From the UHGV virus genome UHGV-0175648: a DNA stretch of 23,613 nucleotides; one strand, written 5' to 3'. Under the pieces are notes generated by a model. That model was not told where the DNA came from and searched no databases. It was given only the letters and a program-made list of their open reading frames with translations. This document shows, one piece after another, positions 5,815-12,578 of the stretch (position 1 is the stretch's first letter; each line of letters begins with the position of its first letter). The position numbers and the translations under genes were made by a program. The DNA is from a virus.

Positions 5815-8637
5815 ATGACGGCAGAGTACATCAGGGACTGGCAACAACCGCGCCACGCAGTGGGGCGTGAAGGAACGGGGATCCCCGCTCCTGAATCCGC
5901 GCTTTCCTCCTGGCTGGATGCCTACCGGGCAGAGAACGAGCGCCGCCAGGAAATGGCTGATGCGGCGTTCTCCGCCACGCCGCTGGGCAACCTGATTAAT
6001 AAAAGCCTGGATGCACAGGAAAAACAGGACAAAACCATCACACTGGCAGGAGACGCCAGAAAACAGGCACGCGGCGCGGTGGATGAAGCCATGGCCTCGC
6101 TGCGCCTGCTGCCGTCCTATCTGCGCGATCCGCTTATTCGCCACCTCTCCTTCCTGCGCAAAAAACAGGAAGCCGATCGCCGGAAAGGCAAAAAGAGCTG
6201 GCAGGCTGAACGCTACGCGTGCGGAACCCTGCGCAAAATATTCGAACGTCTGGACCGCACCGACCACCACTGGCTGACACCGGCTTATCGCTCCCTTGCC
6301 GGACGCGAACGCCTGGATGATTTGCTTTACCTGCCGCAGCTCAACAAACACCAGATACAGACGCTGGCCACCATGACAGCGGCGATGTTCAGCAGCACCT
6401 TCGAAAAACTCTGCGATGGCTTTGGCGCGACTGATGGCGAGCTGACCATGGATGTAACGCTGAAGGCGTATCAGATGCTGGCCCGCATGGCGTTACACCT
6501 GCACGCCATGCCTCCGCATTATGACGCACTGACAACAGACAAAGACCGGAGGAACGAACCAGACACAGAACTGCTACCGGGCGCAATCCTTCGCCTGACC
6601 TGTGCGGAATGGTGGAAACGCAAACTGTGGCTGTTACGTTGCGAGTGGAGAGAAGAACAACTCCGCGCCGCCTGTCTGGTTTCCAGAAAAACATCGCCCT
6701 ATCTGAGCCAGGACGCGTTAAGCGAGTTTCGCGCACAGCGCGAGAAAACACGCGATTTCCTGAAAAGTTTCATGCTGGAAAATGAAGACGGGTTCACGAT
6801 TGATCTCGAGACGGTGTATTACGCGGGAGTAAGTAACCCGGTTCACCGTAAGGCAGAAATGATGGCCACCATGAAGGGACTGGAACTTCTGGCCGAAGCC
6901 CGTGGCGACAGAGCGGTGTTTCTGACCGTCACCTGCCCGTCAAAATACCACGCAACAACGGAGAACGGTCATCCGAACCCCAAATGGAACGGGGCCACCA
7001 TGCGCGACTCCAGCGATTACCTGGTTAACACGTTTTTTGCGGCGGTCCGCAAAAAACTGAACCGCGACGGCCTGCGCTGGTATGGCATCCGCACGGTGGA
7101 GCCTCACCATGACGGCACTGTGCACTGGCATATGATGGTCTTTGCACATCCGGACGAGATTGAAACCATCGTGTCCCACGTCTGCGATATTGCCATTCAG
7201 GAGGACCGCCACGAGCTGGGCGATGACATAACTCCGCGTTTTAAGGCGGAGTATGTCGACGGCTCAAAAGGCACACCAACCAGCTACATCGCCACCTACA
7301 TCGGAAAGAACCTGGACAGCCGCGCCGTGGATGGCATCGACCCGAAAACGGGCAAGCCACGCGTTGACCACGAAACCGGAAAATCAATGGCCGAGAGCGT
7401 GGAGCGCGCCATCGGTTGGGCACGCCTTCACCGGGTCCGCCAGTTCCAGTTCTTTGGCATCCCCTCCCGTCAGGTGTGGCGTGAACTCCGCCGCCTTGCC
7501 AGCCAGATGGCGCGCAACCCGGAAGGCCCGCAACGGCTGAAGGATGACGCAATGGATGCGGTACTCGCTGCCGCTGATGCCGGATGTTTTGCCACCTACA
7601 TAGAGAAACAGGGCGGCGTACTTGTTCCACGCAAAGACTACCTGATTCGTACCGCCTACGACCTCGCCGATGAGCTGAACGATTACGGCGAACAGAGCGT
7701 ACAGATTTACGGGATCTGGTCACCACTCATCGGGGAATCCTCCCGTGTGTGCACGCATCCGGATAACTGGAAGCTGGTAAGACGCAAACCGGAAGCGGAA
7801 GACAGCGCCCGCGAAAATGGTTTTGACCTTCAGGGCGGCCCTGCCGCCCCTTGGACTCGTGGCAATAACTGTCCCCGTGTACAGGAAACGAACAACAACG
7901 GGACAGAACAGCCGGAAGAACGGCCAGCACCGTGGCCGCAGCTCCCTGACGGCGTTGAAGTGAATGAATGGATGCGCTCACTGAAACGGCACGAACGCCG
8001 GGCGCTGATGCGTTCGCTGCGTGACAAACAGGCAAAAAACAGCAGTGATGAAATGCAGAGCTGGACACAGAGCCGCAAACAGCAGCGGCCTTTGCCTGAT
8101 AACCACGAATTACTCGCTAAAGAATGGCGGGAGTCTGCTGAATCTCTCGGCCTGCATATCGGTGAACAGCAGATGCAGCACCTGTTACGGGGCGGCAGTC
8201 TGTACGTTGACGGCAGCATCATTGCACCGCAGGGATTTGAAATTGTACGCAAACCGGATACCCGACCGGACAGCCGGATCACGCAGCTCTGGCAGCGCCT
8301 GAGCCGTAACCACGGCGTAAGCAGCACGGAGATCCGCCATAACCCGGTCGCCAGCTATCTGGAACAGCTGGGGGCATCAGACCCCGAAGCCGCCGCACGC
8401 CTGGCATCCACACTTCAGCAGGACCAGAACACCATGAAAACACCCGTTACCGTGCTTTCTGACATGCTGCGCGCCATCCGCGACGCAGAGCACGCACAGA
8501 GAATCAGTGAAACCACTGAACGCGCCCGCCGCAAAGCAGACCTGCTGCGGGGTGGCCTGACCAGTGGAAACAAAAAACAGACAGAAACGGGATTCACAAA
8601 TCCCGTAAATGAGCAAAAAACGCGCCGCGATATATGA
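5815..8637 (+). CDS. A: P2 gpA-family rolling-circle replication initiation endonuclease (940 aa)
   Basis: Contains the HUH-type metal-binding motif (EPHHDGTVHWHMMVF) and a catalytic tyrosine region (SYIATYIGKN) typical of P2/186 A proteins. It lies in the expected position after the early genes. The C-terminal roughly 300 aa is charged, low-complexity sequence. Confidence 0.92.
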   Translation: MTAEYIRDWQQPRHAVGREGTGIPAPESALSSWLDAYRAENERRQEMADAAFSATPLGNLINKSLDAQEKQDKTITLAGDARKQARGAVDEAMASLRLLPSYLRDPLIRHLSFLRKKQEADRRKGKKSWQAERYACGTLRKIFERLDRTDHHWLTPAYRSLAGRERLDDLLYLPQLNKHQIQTLATMTAAMFSSTFEKLCDGFGATDGELTMDVTLKAYQMLARMALHLHAMPPHYDALTTDKDRRNEPDTELLPGAILRLTCAEWWKRKLWLLRCEWREEQLRAACLVSRKTSPYLSQDALSEFRAQREKTRDFLKSFMLENEDGFTIDLETVYYAGVSNPVHRKAEMMATMKGLELLAEARGDRAVFLTVTCPSKYHATTENGHPNPKWNGATMRDSSDYLVNTFFAAVRKKLNRDGLRWYGIRTVEPHHDGTVHWHMMVFAHPDEIETIVSHVCDIAIQEDRHELGDDITPRFKAEYVDGSKGTPTSYIATYIGKNLDSRAVDGIDPKTGKPRVDHETGKSMAESVERAIGWARLHRVRQFQFFGIPSRQVWRELRRLASQMARNPEGPQRLKDDAMDAVLAAADAGCFATYIEKQGGVLVPRKDYLIRTAYDLADELNDYGEQSVQIYGIWSPLIGESSRVCTHPDNWKLVRRKPEAEDSARENGFDLQGGPAAPWTRGNNCPRVQETNNNGTEQPEERPAPWPQLPDGVEVNEWMRSLKRHERRALMRSLRDKQAKNSSDEMQSWTQSRKQQRPLPDNHELLAKEWRESAESLGLHIGEQQMQHLLRGGSLYVDGSIIAPQGFEIVRKPDTRPDSRITQLWQRLSRNHGVSSTEIRHNPVASYLEQLGASDPEAAARLASTLQQDQNTMKTPVTVLSDMLRAIRDAEHAQRISETTERARRKADLLRGGLTSGNKKQTETGFTNPVNEQKTRRDI

Positions 8638-8682
8638 AGCGCGCATAAAACAGGCAAAAACGGGATTTCAGAATCCCGTAAA
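8585..8682. promoter_or_regulatory. parC-like centromere/operator: two 25-bp direct repeats, each internally palindromic
   Basis: AAACGGGATTCACAAATCCCGTAAA at 8585-8609 and AAACGGGATTTCAGAATCCCGTAAA at 8658-8682, each containing ACGGGATT...AATCCCGT dyad symmetry. They sit immediately upstream of parM; the first lies inside the 3' end of gene A. Confidence 0.6.
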
Positions 8683-8713
8683 CGATTAATTAATCAACAT
8701 AAGGAAAAGCGAC

Positions 8714-9673
8714 ATGAAAATTTGTATCGATGACGGCTCCACCAACATCAAGCTGGCATGGACTGAGAACGGCGAACGCCGCAACGCCATCAGCCCGAAC
8801 AGCTTCAAGTCGGAATGGTCTGCGCCGTTCGGTGGCACGCAGCCCGCGAACTACATGCTTGATGGCGTGCGCTATGGTTTTGATCCGGTCAGCGATCGCT
8901 TTGTCCAGACGACCGACACGCAATACCAGTACAGCGATGTGAATGTCATTGCCATTCATCACGCGCTGGTCAAATCAGGCATCACACCACAGGAAGTGGA
9001 TGTGGTTGTCACCCTGCCACTGAGCGAGTATTTCGACACAAACGCACAGCCGGACATGGCCAACATCAACCGCAAAAAAGCAAACGTCATGCGCCCGGTG
9101 GCGTACCAGAACGGAAAAGCATTCACTATCCGTAACGTACGGGTTATGCCTGAATCCATTCCGGCTGGTTTTAAAGCACTGGCTGACATGAGTCCGTTTG
9201 AATCCCTGCTGATTGTGGATTTAGGCGGAACCACGCTGGATGTGGCAAAGGTTCAGGGGCAACTGGCAGGTATCAGCCAGGTGTTTTGCGATCCACACGT
9301 AGGCGTTTCTCTGATGGCCAATGCCGTACTGTCGGTGATGGCCACTAACGGTATGCGCACCAGTCACCACATCGCCAATACCATTATCGAACATCGCCAT
9401 GATGAAGCCTGGCTGCGCCAGCACATCCACAATGACGCGCATTACGCCAGCCTGATGGCGGTTATTCGTGAAAAGGAAGAAACACTGAAACAACGCGTGA
9501 TCCGCGCGCTGGCGGGTTTTTCGGGTTACGGGCGGGTGATGGTTGTCGGTGGCGGGGCGGAGATTGTGGCACCCGCTATCCGCGAAGCCTGCGGAGTTAA
9601 TGCGACTTTCATCGCGGACGGGGTGCCACAGTTTGCTCTGGTTAATGGGCTGTACGCAATGGACAAGGAGTAA
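8714..9673 (+). CDS. parM: ParM/StbA-family actin-like partition ATPase
   Basis: 319 aa with strong similarity along the whole length to plasmid R1 ParM / R100 StbA as I recall it (MKICIDDGSTNIKLAW..., YSDVNVIAIHHAL, VMPESIPAG, LIVDLGGTTLD, GVSLM, VVGGGAE, LVNGLY). The ribosome-binding site is AAGGA. Confidence 0.85.
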   Translation: MKICIDDGSTNIKLAWTENGERRNAISPNSFKSEWSAPFGGTQPANYMLDGVRYGFDPVSDRFVQTTDTQYQYSDVNVIAIHHALVKSGITPQEVDVVVTLPLSEYFDTNAQPDMANINRKKANVMRPVAYQNGKAFTIRNVRVMPESIPAGFKALADMSPFESLLIVDLGGTTLDVAKVQGQLAGISQVFCDPHVGVSLMANAVLSVMATNGMRTSHHIANTIIEHRHDEAWLRQHIHNDAHYASLMAVIREKEETLKQRVIRALAGFSGYGRVMVVGGGAEIVAPAIREACGVNATFIADGVPQFALVNGLYAMDKE

Positions 9674-9677
9674 ACCA

Positions 9678-9989
9678 ATGACGACACCAACCAGACGGAT
9701 AAGTTTCTATCTGAAGCCCGCCGCCGTCAAGAACGAAGGCGAAGCATGCGCCTGGCTGGACAGCCTTACACCAGAAGCCCGCAAAAGCGGCCAACGCGTG
9801 GCTTTTCTGGCCGGGCTGGCACTACTGAAAATGAATCCGGCAGAGGCTTACCGACTGGCTGCATGGGTTGATGATGAGGCGTTATCAGTGACACAAACCA
9901 GAACAGAACGCCCCGCGTCACAGCCAGTATCAGCCGCACAGATAACCAGTCAGATGGCCGGAAATATCCGGGCGTTATTTCCCGAATAA
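9678..9989 (+). CDS. parR: ParR/StbB-like centromere-binding adaptor (103 aa)
   Basis: Immediately downstream of parM with an AAGGAG ribosome-binding site. The N-terminus parallels R1 ParR (RRISFYLKPAAV...WLDSLTPEARKSGQRVAFLAGLAL versus RRTIAFKLNPDV...TLDSIPQGERSRLNRAALTAGLAL, from memory). Confidence 0.72.
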   Translation: MTTPTRRISFYLKPAAVKNEGEACAWLDSLTPEARKSGQRVAFLAGLALLKMNPAEAYRLAAWVDDEALSVTQTRTERPASQPVSAAQITSQMAGNIRALFPE

Positions 9990-9994
9990 CACAA

Positions 9995-10018
9995 CATCAG
10001 GGCGCATCCGCCCTGATG
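9995..10018 (+). terminator. Stem-loop after parR (10-bp stem CATCAGGGCG/CGCCCTGATG, 4-nt loop)
   Basis: Perfect inverted repeat read directly from the sequence. The downstream T-tract is weak, so it may be a partial terminator or an operator. Confidence 0.4.
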
Positions 10019-10052
10019 ACTTTAACCCGGGAGCATAAACAAGGGGGACACA

Positions 10053-10385
10053 ATGGAACACATTGACAGAGAAAAAGCGCAGCGACTGATTGAGCGGATG
10101 GAAGCGCTGGCGAAAGAAGAAAATGTCAACATCCAAAAAATAGCTGAATGTGGCCAGATAGTTCTTCGTCGTGAAAAAGATCTCAAACAACTGATGTCTG
10201 GCGAAACCAGCAAAACATGGACTTCAGGCGAGAAGACGGTTTATTGCAGTTTCTGCAATAAATCCCAGTACGAAGTCACAAAGGTGATTGCCGGACCGTC
10301 TGTTTACATCTGCAATGAGTGCGTGGATTTGTGCAATGAAATTATCAGGAGAGAAGTGACAGACAAAAAGGAAAAAAACGCATGA
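10053..10385 (+). CDS. Small protein with a C-terminal ClpX-type C4 zinc-binding domain (ZBD)
   Basis: Residues about 63-99 ([40 protein letters not shown]) are near-identical to the E. coli ClpX N-terminal zinc-binding domain as I recall it ([40 protein letters not shown]), with the same Cys spacing. The N-terminal 60 aa is unrelated and predicted helical. The ribosome-binding site is AAGGGGGA. Confidence 0.85.
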   Translation: MEHIDREKAQRLIERMEALAKEENVNIQKIAECGQIVLRREKDLKQLMSGETSKTWTSGEKTVYCSFCNKSQYEVTKVIAGPSVYICNECVDLCNEIIRREVTDKKEKNA

Positions 10386-10696
10386 ACAGAAAACAAAAAC
10401 AAGAGTTGAAATACTTTTTACGTAAAGAAATTGCCAGGCTTGAAGATGCAGAATCACAATCATCAGAAATTCCGTTCGGAATGGATATCAACGACGCCCG
10501 TATGCTTCAGGCATACCGCATAGCTCAGGCTGCACTACAGGCAAAACCGTCAGATGGACTGGTTAGAGCAGTACATTTCTATGAACTGGTAAAACGTGAG
10601 AATCCCCCAGCCGAAACCGGAGCATGGAAAGACGCTGTTGACTGGGTGCTCAAAGAGGCTTGCCAGGCTGTAAACATTCGCATTAAAGGAGAGTGA
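10382..10696 (+). CDS. Hypothetical protein (104 aa), second gene of the ZBD operon
   Basis: Translationally coupled to the upstream gene (ATGA). No recognisable domain. Confidence 0.55.
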   Translation: MNRKQKQELKYFLRKEIARLEDAESQSSEIPFGMDINDARMLQAYRIAQAALQAKPSDGLVRAVHFYELVKRENPPAETGAWKDAVDWVLKEACQAVNIRIKGE

Positions 10697-10697
10697 T

Positions 10698-11039
10698 ATG
10701 ACCACTATTACCAGAGAACAGGCACAGAAAATTATTGAAGCAGCCGATGAGGTTATTAGTGCGCTTGCCGGAACTAACGAGGATGTTCACCCTGGTAGCG
10801 ATAACATGCTACGTCTGTGGGATGACCTGAATGACCGTTACGCGCCGCCGGAAGTTGTGCGTGAGCTGGCACGGATTGCGCTGGCATCGCTGGAAGCAGA
10901 GCCAGTAGCATGGATGCATGTAAATAACGGCATCGGAATACCAGCAATAACAAGGAGTAAAGATGTTGCAGAGAGTTGGTTATCAAAAGGCTGGTATGTC
11001 CAACCCTTACATCTAGCCCAGCCTGCATCAAAGCTATAG
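10698..11039 (+). CDS. Hypothetical protein (113 aa), third gene of the ZBD operon
   Basis: Its start lies 1 nt after the upstream stop (TGATATG). It is followed by a terminator hairpin. Confidence 0.55.
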   Translation: MTTITREQAQKIIEAADEVISALAGTNEDVHPGSDNMLRLWDDLNDRYAPPEVVRELARIALASLEAEPVAWMHVNNGIGIPAITRSKDVAESWLSKGWYVQPLHLAQPASKL

Positions 11040-11050
11040 AAATGAGCCAA

Positions 11051-11077
11051 AACGCCCTCTTCCAGGGCGTTTATTTC
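11051..11077 (+). terminator. Rho-independent terminator closing the accessory operon
   Basis: AACGCCCT-CTTCC-AGGGCGTT hairpin followed by TATTTC. Confidence 0.55.
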
Positions 11078-11079
11078 AA

Positions 11080-11109
11080 TGCACAATAGTGCACAAATTT
11101 GCACAATTT
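11080..11109. repeat. Three direct TGCACAA repeats at 10-bp (one helical turn) spacing
   Basis: TGCACAAtagTGCACAAattTGCACAAttt read directly from the sequence. A fourth GTGCACAAAAAAA lies at about 11168. Confidence 0.8.
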
Positions 11110-11459
11110 TTTTGAACGACTTTTTACCCTTCCGGCCCGCATGGCGGCTGGATCCGTCAAGGATCCGTGCGTGCACAAAAAAACGCGCTTTTTCTGCGCG
11201 CAGGTGACGGGGGAACAGCCCGCGTTTCAGGGGGTAAATAGCATTCCCTGAACGATGTCGCAGAGACACAACAGAATGGCTGTATTTCTCACGCTGAGCG
11301 TGAAAAATACGTGAGGGATTCTGATTTGATGGGGTGAAAGGTAAGGCCGTCAAAATCGCACTGAGGCGGCGAAGAACATGCAGTCAACGCGGTGGGATTG
11401 CGTAAGAGTCTGACCGCCGATGATGGCAATAAGCAGAAAAGCGTCGTGAAATTATCTGA

Positions 11460-11500
11460 TTGATACAGGAGCTGGAGAGCCGGGGCATAAATTTTTTATG
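11460..11500. other. Candidate cos (cohesive end) region with a 13-bp-arm perfect palindrome
   Basis: Position is inferred: in P2 the Q stop lies a few tens of bp from the left cohesive end. GGAGAGCCGGGGCATAAAT (11464-11482) partially resembles the P2 cos 19-mer as I recall it (GGCGAGGCGGGGAAAGCAC). A perfect palindrome GCCGGGGCATAAA...TTTATGCCCCGGC spans 11469-11497. The exact cut sites were not determined. Confidence 0.35.
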
Positions 11501-11531
11501 CCCCGGCGAAGCAGCAGACAAGCGAAGCGCG

Positions 11532-12578
11532 TCAGGATGTGGGCTGGGTATCTAACAGTGCGTAAGGGTTAAAGCGGATCACCTCTTCGCCAAGCCAGTC
11601 ATTGATGTGCTTCATGGCCTCCATGACGGGCATCAGCTCGTTAATTGCGTAAACCCGCGCGGCCTTCTCCACATCACCAAACGCACTTTTTTCACCCGGC
11701 ATCGCCCCCATCAGTTGCGGCGGAACGCGGTGCGCAGCCAGCACATCATCACGGGATGCCGCCTTAACATTCATGAACTCATCCTTTGCGGTGATCTGCT
11801 GGAACGGCAAAATTTGCACCCCCTCTTTGCCCCCGTTGGGCGCATGAATGAGCACGTTTTTAAACGCACCGCCACCACGTGCACCCTGTAGCGTTTCTTT
11901 CAGGGAGTCCATGCTTTCGCGGTTTACCTGCGCTGCACCGATGTAGATGATGCACCCGGCGTGGGATCCGTTGTCGTAATACAGTTTTCTGAACATGTCC
12001 GCCGAATGAGACAGGCTGGCCGAGAGTAATGCGCCGAGATATTCCGGCATGCCGTAGATTTCCTGGTTAATGTCAGGATTCATCAGGTGGCACACTTTGC
12101 CAGGGCGAAACTGGAACGCATCCTTGCCATCCTGCACATACCACCATGATTCAAGATCGCTACCGCGTCGCATGTATTTTGCCAGGGCGTGCCGTAATTT
12201 AAGCGGTTCGCCGAGCATATTGCTTCGAAGCTCAAGGAATGCGTTACCGAACACAAACCAGTCCAGCGCCAGCGCCGAGAAATCCTGCCGGGAAAGCAGC
12301 GGGTGCGGGATGTAGCAACCGAGTAATACATTGCGCTTAAAGTAAAGCGCAGACTGATGCCAGGACGTTTGTCGGGCAGCTCTTGCCAGACCGTACCAGT
12401 CCACCGGGGTTTCATACCACCGCCCGTTATCAGCACAGTACATATTGTCCAGCAGGTCATGCCCGGTCAGGCGATAAGGACCATCAAATGTGAATGCACT
12501 GAGCGACGATTCTTTCCTGAGCGCATCAGCGAGATCAATGCGTGAACCCATGCGCACTTTTTTATTTTTTCTGCTCAT
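11532..12578 (-). CDS. Q: Portal (capsid portal vertex) protein
   Basis: 348 aa; the size, position and sequence are consistent with P2 gpQ. It is adjacent to and co-oriented with terminase large subunit P. Confidence 0.9.
   Translation of the reverse strand: MSRKNKKVRMGSRIDLADALRKESSLSAFTFDGPYRLTGHDLLDNMYCADNGRWYETPVDWYGLARAARQTSWHQSALYFKRNVLLGCYIPHPLLSRQDFSALALDWFVFGNAFLELRSNMLGEPLKLRHALAKYMRRGSDLESWWYVQDGKDAFQFRPGKVCHLMNPDINQEIYGMPEYLGALLSASLSHSADMFRKLYYDNGSHAGCIIYIGAAQVNRESMDSLKETLQGARGGGAFKNVLIHAPNGGKEGVQILPFQQITAKDEFMNVKAASRDDVLAAHRVPPQLMGAMPGEKSAFGDVEKAARVYAINELMPVMEAMKHINDWLGEEVIRFNPYALLDTQPTS

Noticed and set aside
5290-6351. 353-aa minus-strand ORF overlapping the 5' part of gene A
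   Set aside because: It lies antisense to a well-supported conserved gene in GC-rich sequence, and its translation is low-complexity with no ribosome-binding site context. It is a typical spurious antisense ORF.
6389-8657. Multiple minus-strand and alternate-frame ORFs (77-165 aa) inside gene A
   Set aside because: They are all contained within the A coding region, are Arg/Cys/Ser-rich, and are consistent with GC-rich antisense artefacts.
10838-11353. 171-aa minus-strand ORF across the end of the accessory operon and the cos region
   Set aside because: It overlaps a plus-strand gene and a terminator, has no ribosome-binding site, and sits in the expected noncoding cos region.
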